DNA from: Octopus vulgaris | Lineage: Eukaryota | Direction of reading: 5' to 3' | Assembly: GCA_951406725.2 (NCBI GenBank) | Contig: OX597824.1 | Location: 16,616,001-16,680,000, forward strand | DNA: 64,000 nt | In this document: piece after piece, positions 14,421 through 32,426 of the stretch | Numbering within the stretch: the stretch's first letter is position 1 | Layout: each line of letters begins with the position of its first letter | The notes under the pieces: model-generated | Database searches by the model: none | What the model was told of the DNA's origin: nothing | What the model saw: only the letters and a program-made list of their open reading frames with translations | Position numbers and translations under genes: made by a program

Positions 14421-14421
14421 C

Positions 14422-14476
<55 letters not shown>

Positions 14477-14764
14477 CATATAATTACACTGTTCTTTTGT
14501 GGCTTAATTATCTCAAAAGACCATTGCTTCAGTGAGTTGCCTTATTAGTTTCAGTGTCTTTTCCAAAGCACCATAACGGTGCCTGCATTCTTCCATATAT
14601 ATTCTGCGAATTTCTACAAATGTCATCCAACCACTTTTACTCTTGTTGTTGTTGTTGTTGATGTGGTTGCTTTAACTTTGTTTTGGGGTTTTGTTTTCTT
14701 TAATTTCGTTTTTATTTTCTTTTAATTGTTTCATTGTTTTCCTTCTTTCCTATATAGCCGTTGT

Positions 14765-14861
<97 letters not shown>

Positions 14862-15394
14862 CAGTAGTTTTAGCTTTGACTGTGAATGATAAGTAGTAGT
14901 AGTAGTAGTAGTAGTAGTTGTAGTAGTAGTAGTTGTAGTAGTAGTAGTAGCAGCAGCAGCAACAGCAGCAGCAGTATTAGCAGCAGCAGCAGTAGTAGTG
15001 GTGGTGGTGGTGGTAGTAGTAGTAGTAGCAGTGGTAGTAGTAGTAGTAATAGTAGTAGCAGTGGTAGTAGGAGTAGTAGTAATAGTAGTGGTGGTGGTGG
15101 TGGTGGTGGTGGTAGAAATAGTAGTTAAAGTAGCAGCAGTAAAGAAGGAGGAGGGGAAGAAGAAGAAGAAGAAGAAGAAGAAGAAGAAGAAGAAGAAGAA
15201 GAAGAAGAAGAAGAAGAAGAAGAAGAAGAAGAAGAAGAAGAAGAAGAAGAAGAAGAAGAAGAAGAAGAAGAAGGAGAAGAAGAAGAAGAAGAAGGAGGAG
15301 AAGAAGAAGAAGAAGAAGGAGGAGAAGAAGAAGAAGAAGAAGAAGAAGAAGAAGAAGAAGAAGAAGAAGAAGAAGAAGAAGAAGAAGAAGAAGA
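14030..15394. repeat. Microsatellites (TA)n, (TAG/CAG)n, (AAG)n
   Basis: (AAG)n at 15157-15394; TAG-rich tract at 14892-15125. Confidence 0.95.
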
Positions 15395-15499
15395 ATTATT
15401 ATATGAACCGCACGGGCTTTTGACAGGAGAGATCCCACATGGACGAGTTACAATTTGTGTGAACCTTTCCTTGTAAGCAATGAGAGGAAGGTGGAGTAA

Positions 15500-15757
15500 A
15501 AAAAATAAATGTTCCTTCTCGGCCTGTGCCAGGCTCCTAATGGCTGGTTTTCCGGTTTCAGTGGCGTAGAAATTCCCCACCTGGATGGGACGCAAGTCCG
15601 TCGCAGGGTTACTCATTCTTGCCTGCTGAATGGACTGGAGCAACGTGAAATGAAGTGTTTTGCTCAAGAACACAACGCGTCGCCCGACCCAAGAATCGAA
15701 ACCACAACCTTACGATCATGAGTTCCACACCCTAATCACTAAGCCACGCGCCTCCAC
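15500..15757 (-). mobile_element. SINE family C, full length with 14-bp TSD
   Basis: TSD GGAAGGTGGAGTAA at 15486-15499 and 15758-15771; C head on the minus strand. Confidence 0.92.
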
Positions 15758-15809
15758 GGAAGGTGGAGTAATGTGATATAAAAAAAAAATACACAATATA
15801 AAATATGTG

Positions 15810-16180
15810 AATGCCTGGATGAGATGCAGGAGAGCTTCCTCGAAATGTAGGAGAGCATCCAACAGGGGCTAGTCAACGAAACCCATATATACAGGATCAC
15901 CTTGACTACCAAGGACATGAAGTGTTAACCCAGTTGTTCTTCTCTTTATAGGCGCATGCTTCGAACAATTCCATTCACTCTCACCACTTCTGCAACAGCC
16001 TCCCCCCACTTTTTGTCAAATCCAATTTGAAGGAACACTTCCTTTTCCATCTTGATTTTATTTTCCAGATAGGCTTGTCCGTAGGGTGACATGTTAACCC
16101 TCAGTCATTTCAACCTCATCTACTACACAAACCAACCACTTTCTCCACACTTACCAGACAGAGATAAAAATGCCTGCTCA
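15810..16180 (-). pseudogene. Possible L1/Tx1-like LINE ORF2 C-terminus and 3'UTR remnant
   Basis: Minus-strand fragments KMEKEV.. and FDKKWGEAVAEVVRVNG resemble the 'F..RW' C-terminus of Tx1 ORF2; heavily decayed. Confidence 0.4.
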
Positions 16181-16182
16181 TC

Positions 16183-16752
16183 CAAGGCGGCGAACTGGCA
16201 GAACCATGAGCACGCCGGGCGAAATGCGTAGCTGTATTTCGTCTGCCGTTACGTTCTGAGTTCAAATTCAGGCGAGGTCGACTTTCCCTTTCATCATTTC
16301 GGGGTCGATTAAATAAGTATCAGTTACGCACTGGGGGTCGATATAATCGACTTAATCCGCTTGTCTGTCCATGTTTGTCCTCTCTGTGTTTAGCCCCTTG
16401 TGGGTAGTAAAGAAATAGGTATTTCGTCTGACGCTACGTTCTGAGTTCAAATTCCGCCGAGGTCGACTTTGCCTTTCATCCTTTCGGGGTCAATAAATTA
16501 AGTACCAGTGAATCACTGGGGTCAATGTAATCGACTGGTTCCCTCCCCCCCCACAAGATTTCAGGCCTTGTGCCTTTTGCAGAAAGGATTTCGTCCATCT
16601 TCACGTTCTGAGTTCAAATTCCGCGAGGTCTACTTTGCCTTTCATCCTTTCCGGCTCCATAAAACAAGTACCAGTTGAGTACTGGGGTCGATTAATCGAC
16701 TAGCTCCCTCTCCAAAATTTCCGGCCTTGTACCTATAGTAGAAAATATTATT
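16183..16752 (+). mobile_element. SINE family D, head plus three tandem core units
   Basis: The core CGTTCTGAGTTCAAATTC..GAGGTCGACTTT.CCTTTCATC.TTTCGGGGTC occurs at ~16252, ~16437 and ~16604. Confidence 0.88.
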
Positions 16753-17100
16753 AACACACGCCTTGGTTCATTTCCGTTCCTCTATTGGTTAACTATTCAA
16801 CTAACTAACCGGTTTTCTAATTTGTTTCAACAGTGTTTGCAACCTTTTCAGCGACATATTTACGTATTTACTCATTTATTTAGGATGTAGGGCAAAGATT
16901 CAAGGAAATGTAGCAGTTATTTCTAGCAAGTTGACGGACGAGGGGTGATGTTGTGGATGATCTTTCGCTGGCGAGTTATGGTTTGTATTCTAATAAAGAT
17001 TAAGGAAAACGATGGCTGTTCTCATTGACTACATTCTTTGTCACAACAGGAAATTTCCTTTCTCACCTATACCCTCAATACCTCACACACACACACACAC

Positions 17101-17149
<49 letters not shown>

Positions 17150-17449
17150 CACACACACACACACACACGCTCATTTATTTACAACTATTTCTTCCTCTTA
17201 TTTACTTATTATTATCTCTACTTCATCCCTTTTTGTATTCATCGCTAATTGAATTACGAAATTAATAAACGAAATAAGAAAATCGAAATTAATTGCCTGA
17301 AAATCAAATTGATAAATATAAAGAAAACAGAGAGATATAAAGAGAAGGGGGAAGGCAGAGGAATAAAAAAAAGGTGGGGAGGGGGGCAGAAGACGGTAGA
17401 TAAAGGGAGTAAATAAAGCAATTGAGTGAAATATGAAAACAAAGCAAAA

Positions 17450-17451
17450 AA

Positions 17452-17493
<42 letters not shown>

Positions 17494-17585
17494 CAGCTGG
17501 AGTAGTTTTTGTGGTGGAATAAGAATGGCGCAGCAGAAACACTAAATAGAAGAAAAAGATGAAGAAGAAGAAGAAGAACAACAAC

Positions 17586-17682
<97 letters not shown>

Positions 17683-18029
17683 GTAAGGAGGTGAAATGAA
17701 GATAATACAATAGATGTAGTGTTAGTTGTAGTAACAGTAGCAATAGTAGTAGAAATCGTGGTTGTAGTAGTGGTAGTAGTAGAAGCAGAGGCAATAATCA
17801 TAGTGGTTGTATTAGTAGTGATGGTGGTGGTGGTGGAGGTGGTAGTAGTATTAGTATTATTAGTAGTAGTAGTAGTAGTAGTCGTAGAAGTAGAGGAAGA
17901 CGTAGATGGCGATGTAGAAGATGGAGATGGAGGAGACAGTGGTAATGCTGACGACGACGATTAGATGATGAAGATGATGATGGTGGTGATGGTGGTGGTG
18001 GTGGTGACGACGACAACGATGATGATAGC

Positions 18030-18075
<46 letters not shown>

Positions 18076-18265
18076 GTGATGTGGAAGACGATGAAGGCGA
18101 AGAGAATGATGAGAAAGAAGGTCGTGATGACAACGATTATGGATGGCGGCGAGAGCAACTTCGACGACCACAACGACAACGTCAACAGCGACTGCAACAC
18201 TGACAACGATCATAATAATGATGGCGATGACGACGACGACGACGACGACGATGATGATAATGAGG
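17450..18265. repeat. Trinucleotide block (TAG)n, (AAT)n, (GAT/GAC)n
   Basis: Direct inspection. Confidence 0.92.
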
Positions 18266-18451
18266 ATGAAGTAGAAAAAGAAGAAACAATGAAAAAAGAA
18301 GAAAAAAAAAACGATGAATATAATGAAACGAACGAACGAAACAAAGTGTTAGTAACGGGATGTGAAAAAGACAGAACTAAAATGGCTGCTAATATAAAGT
18401 AATGTGAAAACAAATTACAATCCCTTTGATGTAAAACAGTCGAAATATTGT

Positions 18452-18571
18452 AAAGTATAGAAGCCATCTTATCATGGCTAACCACATTGGGGAGGGGGTG
18501 TTACTGTAGCTTTATAGCCCCAAGAGATCTTCGTCTCAAGCTGGCTTGAGACACAATATCAGTGTCCTTGG
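18452..18571 (-). mobile_element. 5'-truncated retroposed copy of the element carrying the 40390 hammerhead, with 18-bp TSD
   Basis: TGGCTAACC..TACTGTAGCTT..TAGCCCCA.GAG..AGCTGGCT is shared with 40250-40340; flanked by AAAC(A/T)GTCGAAATATTGT at 18434-18451 and 18572-18589. Confidence 0.65.
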
Positions 18572-18795
18572 AAACTGTCGAAATATTGTGTATTGTATTT
18601 TGTTAACTTGGTGGATACAAGTTCTCTTAGTGTCAACTAGACTATAGCATAAAGATGGTCGGATATATAAATGTGTCTGGACCTAGCTTTTTATCTCTTT
18701 CTCTTTCCCTCTCTCGTTTTATTTTTCCTGCTTGTCTATTTGTCTGTCTATCTATATGTCTGTCTATCTCTTTCTCTCTCACACACACTCTCTCA

Positions 18796-18872
<77 letters not shown>

Positions 18873-18957
18873 CTAAGCTTACACACACACACGCACACAT
18901 GCACACGCATACACACACACAAACACAACTGTATATATAATTAATAGACAGATGCAG

Positions 18958-19180
18958 TTTTAATATTAAAACACCGATTTGAAAATCAGCACACATTTTC
19001 AACATTTTCTCTCATAAGACTGACTGAGGTAGTTGAATTTAACCCCAGGCGTTAAGAACCGCTGATGAGTATTAAGATGGTCTACAACAAAGTCCGAAAT
19101 CGCTATCCGGCTATGTACGCTGGGGACTTAACTCCCTTTGTCAGTCATTAATTTTGGTAATTTTGTGGTTTTTGAATTAT
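18958..19180 (+). mobile_element. Penelope-like element 3' end (ORF C-terminal remnant plus pLTR)
   Basis: KHRFENQHTFSTF resembles the KCRHENK..SNF end of PLE ORFs and is followed by a hammerhead motif. Confidence 0.5.
19059..19110 (+). ncRNA. Type I hammerhead ribozyme motif (intact core, eroded stem II)
   Basis: CCG-CTGATGA-G...AAAGTCC-GAAA-T-CGCT-ATC-CGG: stem I CCG/CGG, stem III AT/AT, AUC cleavage triplet. Confidence 0.6.
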
Positions 19181-20044
19181 TTTAATTCTTACCTTTAGCA
19201 AAAGTGGTGTTAGTCAGTACCTTCTGTCATTTGTGTCGCCTCTATTAATTTCGCTTCTAGGTTCTGATTGCTAAAAAGCCACCCTTTCTAATTTGGTCTT
19301 CATCCTTTCTGGTTTTCTCTCCCATCCTTCCTTCTTCTTATCCTCTCCCCCTTTACCGTTCTCTCTCTCTCACTCTTCCTCCTTGACTCTCTCGTCGCTG
19401 ACACGTGACGAAAGGGAATCTATCATTCTACCCATTTCCTTCCTAAAGACAACACGTGCATATACCTGTCTCCTCTCATAAGTTCATCCTCCTAGCGTTC
19501 ATAATAATTTTTCTATCGTCTTGGCTTAATAGTCTTCACCGTTTGTTTTTACTGTCTTGTTCTCACTGTTTTTAGTGTTTTTCATGTTTTTACTGTTTTG
19601 TTCTTACTGTCCTGTTCTTGTTACCACTTTCACCCTCTGCAAAAAATCCGAAATTTTATTTAATTTGATTTGCATGAAGGACTGTTTCAGTGGAGTCGCG
19701 TATTGTCGTTGCCTTCGTTTCGGGGAGTAGATGAAACAGGGACAACTGATGAAAGGGAATATTCTTTATGTTGCATGTCTCATTTCTCTGTTTGTTTTTT
19801 TCGTTGTTCGAAAAAAATTTCATTCTCTATGTTTTTGTTTTTATGTTTTCGATTCTCATTGTATTCAACGTTTTTTGATGTCCTGTATATATATATATAT
19901 ATATATATAAGTATTACATATATGTATGTATATATGCATATATTTATATATTATTTATATTATACATACATACATACATATATATATATATACGTACATA
20001 CATACATACATACATACACATATATATATATATACACTCACACG

Positions 20045-20075
<31 letters not shown>

Positions 20076-20118
20076 GTATATGTTGTGTGGATGGGTGTGT
20101 GGTAAGTATCTTGCTATA

Positions 20119-20281
20119 GGCGCAGGTGTGTCTGTGTAGTAAGTAGCTTGCTTAATAACCACATGGTTCCGGGTTCAGTCCCACTGCGTCGCACTTTGGG
20201 CAAGCGTCGCCTACTATAGCCTCGGCCCGACCAAAGCCTTATGAGTGGATTTGTTAGACGGAATCTAAAAGAAACCCATCG

Positions 20282-20357
<76 letters not shown>

Positions 20358-20390
20358 AGTATATGTTAGTGTGTCTGTGTTTGTCCACCC
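20119..20390 (+). mobile_element. SINE family A, 5' two-thirds
   Basis: A head, body and internal (TA)n. Confidence 0.85.
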
Positions 20391-20710
20391 AGCACACACG
20401 ACGGGATTGTTTGAGATTTCTTTTACCAAATCCATTCACAGGGGTTTGGTAGAGGACCTTTGGTCAAGCACTGAGGACAGAATGATGGGTATGGGAAACA
20501 AATTTCTATTCCTGACCACAGGTATGTAAAAGACAAACAGAAGAAAACAGAGGATTTGTGTGTGTGTGTGTTAGTGTGTGTGTATTTGTATATGTTCATG
20601 TGTGCGTTTTCGAGCGCGCGTATCTGTGTCGTATGTCACATAATTATTTGTTACTATTGGTGACATTTATCATCATCATAATCCTACATCTCCTGTCCCT
20701 TTCTTCTCCC

Positions 20711-20742
20711 ATTATTATTATTGTTATTATTATTATTACTAC

Positions 20743-20781
<39 letters not shown>

Positions 20782-20787
20782 TATTAA

Positions 20788-20818
<31 letters not shown>

Positions 20819-20820
20819 AC

Positions 20821-20874
<54 letters not shown>

Positions 20875-20906
20875 CATTATTATTATTATTATTATTATTG
20901 TTATTA
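20711..20906. repeat. (ATT)n microsatellite
   Basis: Direct inspection. Confidence 0.95.
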
Positions 20907-21421
20907 TATATTTTATCCCTTTGACTGAGAAGATTGTCTTTTATTTTCATTTGTTTCACTTTGCTTCCTCATTCTAATCTATGTCATTCAATCACCTTCT
21001 TCCTTCACCTTCATTATTCGTGACAGACCTTCCAAGACACTATATTTTGTTTTTTTGCTTTTTGCTCCTCTACTATCATTTTGTCTTCAAATTTAATTCA
21101 ATAGTTTTGTCGCCATTTTATATATTGTGTTTAAGTCACAATTTCGGTGAAGGGCAATTCCAAGCCATTCAAGAATGCAAACTTTAATGTATATATATAT
21201 TTCCCACCTATGATTAAATAGATCATTCCATTTCATTATACGAGTTTTAATTTCTTTGAAACCATTATGGATGGGTTTTTTTTTCTCTCTCAAAATGCAA
21301 AGCAAAGGAAAGAGAAAACATTTTAACAAGAGAAAAATTACTTATAACAATGATTAGAAATGAATTATAAATAAATATATTCTTTTAATCTTTCGTACGT
21401 TTCACCCCTAAGGCCATGATG

Positions 21422-21507
<86 letters not shown>

Positions 21508-21593
21508 TGAATAGATATTATATTGAATAATATTATATATATATATACCCCCCACACACATATATATATATATTTTCGCATGTGTGTGTGTGA

Positions 21594-21626
<33 letters not shown>

Positions 21627-21766
21627 TATATATATATATAATATAAAGTAGATGTATACAAGGAACTTGACATCATAATCTAAAGTCGCAACGGTGATAT
21701 TGAGAGCCACAATAGAAAAAAAAAATGAAAGCAGCAGCAATATTAGCAGTAGCACCAGCAGCAATT

Positions 21767-21798
<32 letters not shown>

Positions 21799-22103
21799 GG
21801 TATTATCAAAAGCATCTTCGGCAACGAAATTCATGATATTAAAAACAACGCCATCTCTCCTCCCCCAATAATAATAATAACTGTAATAGAAATGATAACG
21901 AAAGATGGTAATAGTAATGAGAAAGATCTCAATTATTAAATAAGTCGAACTTATGGAAGAGTTGTTTTCGTTTCAACACGCAGTTGGTTATTAATTAAAT
22001 AATAGTAACAATAACAGCGGTATTTGGAACAGCAACAACAACGACACAACTAACACGCCTGTGTGCATGAGTTTATTATACGCCCGTATATCTGTGTAGT
22101 GTG

Positions 22104-22990
22104 AGTGTGTATATATACGTGTTAATGTTTGTATGAACAATTAGATTCAGATTTGTGTTACTAAGCGTATCACAGAGTAAAAACAGAATCTGATCGTTCT
22201 GATGCTTTAATACTGAGTAGTGAGACGGTCATTGTTTTGATATACGACCAACTATCATGGGTTTATAAATGAGATTCGGCTGTAATGTCGTTAGACATGA
22301 ATCACAGTTGGATACGTTGTATACTCTTTTACTTGCTTCAGTCATTTGACTGCCACCATGCTGGAGCACCGCCTTTAGTCGAGCAAATCGAGCCCAGGAC
22401 TTATTCTTTGTAAGCCCAGTACTTATTCTATCGGTCTCTTTTGCCGAAATGCTAAGTGACGGGAACGTAAACACACCAGCATCGGTTGTCAAGCAATGCT
22501 AGGGGGACAAACACAGACACACAAACACACACACACACACATATATATATATACATATATACGACAGTTTCCGTCTACCAAATGCACTCACAAGGCATTA
22601 GTCGGCCCGGGGCTATAGCAGAAGACACTTGCCCAAGATGCCACGCAGTGGGACTGAACCCTCAACCATGTGGTTGGTTAGGAAGCTACTTACCACACAG
22701 CCACTCCTGCGCCTATATAGAATTATATATATGTATATAGAATTTTAAGAGTGTTGTGCCAGTGTGTATATACGTGTTAATATTTGTATGAACAGTTAGA
22801 TTCAGATTTGTGTTACTAAGCGAATCACAGAGTAAAAACAGAATCTGATCATTCAGATGCTTTAATACTGAGTAGTGAGACGGTCATTGTTTTGATATAA
22901 GATCACCTGTCATTGGTTAATAAATGAGATTCGGCTGTAATGTCGTTAGAGATGAATCACAGTGGGATACGTTGTACATAGAATTTTACG
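22104..22990. repeat. Local direct duplication of ~220-240 bp (22104-22321 and 22761-22990)
   Basis: Both copies read ..TTAGATTCAGATTTGTGTTACTAAGCG..GAGATTCGGCTGTAATGTCGTTAGA..GATACGTTGTA, with scattered substitutions. Confidence 0.9.
22322..22713 (-). mobile_element. SINE family A, near full length
   Basis: Reverse complement starts GGCGCAGGAGTGGCTGTGTGGTAAGTAGC and ends with the AAGTAAAAGAG tail. Confidence 0.9.
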
Positions 22991-23857
22991 AATTTTAAAT
23001 TGAGCCATAGTGATTTCCGTGTTTATATGTAATGTCCCATTTTTATTCCAAGCAGTGATATTTTATTAGAAGCCGTTAGTAGGGATGTCTTCATATGGTG
23101 TTACAAATTGTTTATTTCCAACATTCATGTATTCTAATTTTATATTATGGAATAAAGAGTACAAGAGGAGATACGTGGGATGGAGTATAGTTTTTGACTT
23201 TTATATATTGTGCAGTTGAGCGAGTTGACGCAGTAAGGAACATGTTACGAAACATTTTAGAAATCTTAAGCGATAGATTTAATGTTATGCGGTAAATTTG
23301 CTTTTCAATGGCAGGCTTAATCTTCGTTGATAGGCTTAACTTATGACCTCATTTAAAACCATCACTTCGTTCTTGGTAGATAATAAAGGTGGAAAATGCA
23401 ACTCGCAAATTCCTTAACACTGATTCAGGATTCGTTGCATATTCATGTTCGTATTCATGGTAAATGGAGGTGTAGATTCATATTCCATTCATATTTCCAT
23501 AAAAGCAAAACCAAAGAACAAATGTATAGTGGAAATGCTCCATTTGTGACCATGCTGTTTATTTTCCTCCGTATATTAGTTCACTTACGACTATGTTGTC
23601 TAATGTGTACGTATGAATTTTCTAAAGGATGTGATTTGAAGTTTATTTTGATATTATTTCTGTTAGATCAATTAAACATGAATAATCACGAAGAATCATT
23701 AGACCGTATGTGTGTGTGTGTGTGTGTGTGTGTATTTATACGTATATGTATATATATTTTAATATATACGTAACTATATATATGTATATATATTACATAT
23801 AAACACACATAGAAATATGCATATATGTGTGCATGTTTATATCTATATCTATATCTA

Positions 23858-23918
<61 letters not shown>

Positions 23919-23977
23919 CTCTCTCTCTCTCTCTATATCTATATATATATATATGCACACACATATATATATATTTA

Positions 23978-24148
23978 TTCTTTTATTATTTTACTTGTTT
24001 CAGTCTTTTAGTCGAACACACCGACCCCAGGGCTTATTCTTTGTAAACCTAGTACTTATTCTATCGCTTTTTTTGCCGAACTGCCAGGTTACACGGACAT
24101 GAACACACTAACATCGGTTGTCAAGCGATGGTGGGGGGACAAACACAG

Positions 24149-24202
<54 letters not shown>

Positions 24203-24305
24203 CTATATATATATATATATATATATATACGATAGGCGTCTTTCAGTTTCCGTCTCTCAAATCCACTCACAAGGCTATAGCAGAAGACACTTGCCCAAGG
24301 TGCCA
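23978..24305 (-). mobile_element. SINE family A, partial
   Basis: A body and tail with internal (CA)n(TA)n; head missing. Confidence 0.8.
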
Positions 24306-24639
24306 AAGAGAGTAAAGAAATAAAAATTTCTTACGGAAATTCACGAACAATCATATGATCCCATGTGATCTAGTTTGACAACTATACTGTTTGTAACGAA
24401 AGAATACCTCCTGCATAAAGGTTTAAAGTTCGTACATGTACATATTAGACATTGGAAAAGGTTACAGGCGATGTCATGCACCTTACATGAGCCTAGCTAA
24501 CTTAATTTCTCTTGCAAAAGTGAGGGTGGCATTTTCTCTCTTTTCAATATTTAATTACAAGGGAGAATATGTTGTTACCAAAAGTGTTAAAATTTTACTA
24601 ATTTGATCGATCTGTCACTGAACCAGGATTTTAATTTCA

Positions 24640-25550
24640 TTTGATACACACTTTGCAATCAATGATATGGAGAATTGCAACAGCAACACAAGCTGCCCTG
24701 TGGTGAGATGGTACCAACTTTCAATGATCTCAAAATGCACACGTTTCACAAAACTTTAGCACAAGACTTTAGCAACAGTCAACGGCGATGTGAGCGAGCC
24801 ATCTTAGCTTCACGTAATGATGCAGTCAACAAAATACTGAGCGGTATTTCTTCCGGCTCTCTGCATTCTGCGGCTGTTGCCAGGTCAAGAACAGTTTTTC
24901 AAATCCATCGACACTGTCATTGACCAGGACCAAGCAGTAGTTTTTCCAACTGAGTTCCTTAACTCTCAACAGCCATCTGGGATGCCACCACACAACTTCA
25001 CACTTAGAAACGGAGCCCCAATCATGTTGCTCAGGAATGTAGATCCACCTCGCCTGGTGGTAAAAGCGATGTAAGCCCATGTCCTACAAGCAGCAATTAT
25101 CACAGGGAAATATAAGGATGAGGATGTCTTCATTCCACAGATCACGTTAATCCAACCTGGCTCCCCATTTCAATTTAAACGGCTCCAGTTCCCAGTGAAA
25201 TTAACTTTTGCTATCTCGATAAACAAATATCAAGGACAGTCTCTCAAGGTAGTTGAACTTAACCTTGCTTCTCCTTGCTTCTCTCATGCGCAATTATATG
25301 TAGGATATTTGCAAGATGGAAGTTCCAATCCCTTTTATTTGTACCCCAATTAAATGACACACTGAAAGCATCGTATATTTAGAAGTTCTACAAAATTAAA
25401 CTATCATTGATTTCAGGATTTGTTTTAATTATTGTTTATACTTATGTCATCTGATAGAATTTTTCTGAAAATATATATTCTATCAGAATAAATATATTTA
25501 TGTCCTTTAACATTCTTTAAACTTCCGAGCAAAACCGGATACTTAGGCCC
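24640..25550 (+). mobile_element. Helitron remnant: Pif1-like helicase C-terminus plus degenerate 3' hairpin
   Basis: ERAILASRNDAV; FPTEFLNS..PSGMPPHNFTLRNGAPIMLLRN; VFIPQI; FKRLQFPVKLTFAISINKYQGQSL; PCFSHAQLYV; IVYLEVL* (stop ~25399). CCGAGCAAAACCGG at 25525 resembles the subterminal hairpin. Confidence 0.9.
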
Positions 25551-25759
25551 CTCCAATATAAAAAGCGCAACTAAATCACATGTCAACTGTCATACTACCC
25601 AAAGGTACATAAAAAAGATCGTCTGGTGCGATTTTCTACAACCAAGTTGAATCCTTCTTAAAAAAGGAGTTTTACTTTCATGGAGGAAAACTGTTTGTTA
25701 TGCATATATGTATTTATATAAATATTCGTGTATACGAGTATACACCAACATATACAGCT

Positions 25760-30440
<4,681 letters not shown>

Positions 30441-30687
30441 GTACTTGCATATGTAGGTATGTGTAAGTATATTCACATCCAGAAACGCTCAAGCTCACAC
30501 GCGTTTCATTAAAAACACAACTGCGTTCGAATGTGATCACGATGTATTTTTTTTTATTTTCATTTTAGGTTATTTCATATATTTGTATCAGATTTTATTT
30601 TTGCTGTTAGTTTGGAACAATAAAATTTCTAAATGCATATTCGATGTTTCCAGAGCTTCACCGTATTATTTTCCTCATTTTCAAAGA

Positions 30688-31423
30688 TCTACTATAATAA
30701 TACTCTTGTGTTTTTCTCCGACACAACATATGAATGAGAAAGGTAGGGGTGACAGATGAAAAAGGAAGGAAGGGGTGATCGCAAACTTGGTAGTGGGATG
30801 ATGGAAGGTGTACGGTGATAAAAAAAATCAAGCAGCATTTCAACTCGGCGTGAGTAAATATGTGTGTGTGTGTGTGTGTAAAAGGGGGTCATGTGAATGT
30901 TTGTTTATGTGTAATGTAAGTGGGATGGTAAACATTCAACGCTGAAAATAAAAATCAAACAGCGTTTCAACTCTGTGTGAGTATATGTGTGAGAATGTCA
31001 AAGGGAGTCGCGTGAATGCTTGTGTGTATGTGTTTGTGTGTGTGTGTGTGTGCAATGGAAGTGGGATGGTGAAGAGTCAAGGCCGAAAAGAAATATCAAA
31101 CAACGTTCCAACTCTGCACGCACGCGCGCGCGTGTATGTGTGTTTGTGTGTGTGTGTGTGTGTTTGTGTGTGCATCTACAAGAGAAGTATGAGAAGGTTT
31201 TATATGTGTGATTATTACGTACCATATTTTGTACCTTATTTATACATAAAATACTACAATCTACTATAAAAATACTCCTGTGTTTTTCTCCGTCACAACA
31301 TATGAATGAAAAAAGATTGGGTGATAGATGAATAAGGTAGGAAGGTTTGATGACGAACTGATGATGGGATGATGAAATTCTACGGTGAAAACGAAAATCA
31401 AACAGCGTTTCAGATCTGTGTGA

Positions 31424-31467
<44 letters not shown>

Positions 31468-31520
31468 GTGTACAAAGGAAGTTTGTGAATATTTGTACTT
31501 GTGATTATTATGTACCTTAT
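30688..31520. repeat. Diverged higher-order tandem repeat
   Basis: A block starting CTACTATAA.AATACTC.TGTGTTTTTCTCCG recurs at 30689 and 31261; the subunit GGGATG.T..AAATCAAACAGCGTTTCAACTC recurs 4 times. Confidence 0.8.
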
Positions 31521-32426
31521 TTATATATACAATTCTACAGCTTGTCGCCATTTTTGACGGCACGGGACCAGCTAGTTCAATATACTTAGCGTTTGTGTTA
31601 GATACATATGATGTATTCCGTATCAAGTTCCTGCAACCTTTAAGGCTTTCGTCAGTAACCACTTGTTAATTCTTCGATGTGTGTTGTGCCTTTATTCTTT
31701 CATTGAATGTCGATATGGAATGCTTAATCGTATAATAAATAGTGCCAAAATAAACAGGCAGAAGATACAAAAATTTTAAAAATAAAGACGGGGTTATTGA
31801 TATAAAATTCTAACGGTCAAAATCTTCTACACTATTGCTGACATATAACGCATACGATTAAATATTCTTAGTAAGGAAAGTCTGCATCAATTCAACTAGT
31901 ATACAAAAGAAACAAGGCAGACATCTAATTTATAAATTCTTCGAAATGAGACTGACGATTTGGAAACGACGAATTTCAAGGTAAGAACTTTATTATTCGA
32001 AATTATCTGTAATATAATCGGGGAAAATTATCGCAAGGTACGTCCGATCCTCTAGCAATTTCTGTAATATCATTCGACTGGAAAGATATTATATTTTATC
32101 GACTCCTTCAACATAAAAATAGAATAAAATAAAGTTGACCTCGCCAGAATTTAAACTCAAAAAGCAGAGAGCCGGAAGAAATATCACAGAAGCTCTACAA
32201 AATTGCTCAGAATTCTTTTAAAATGATCGCATTATCCTAGATTTCAAAGACATACAAGTAACACGCCTGAGGATGCTAAAACGTTGCTTATACACCAAGT
32301 CAGTCAATTCGCTATTGTTTTGCGAATATACGTTTCATGTTTTCTTCTAACGTAGCTTCGCTCTTTTGCTCTCTCTCTCTCTCTCTCTCTCACTCTCTCT
32401 TTCTAATGGATGAGCAGCAATACTAA

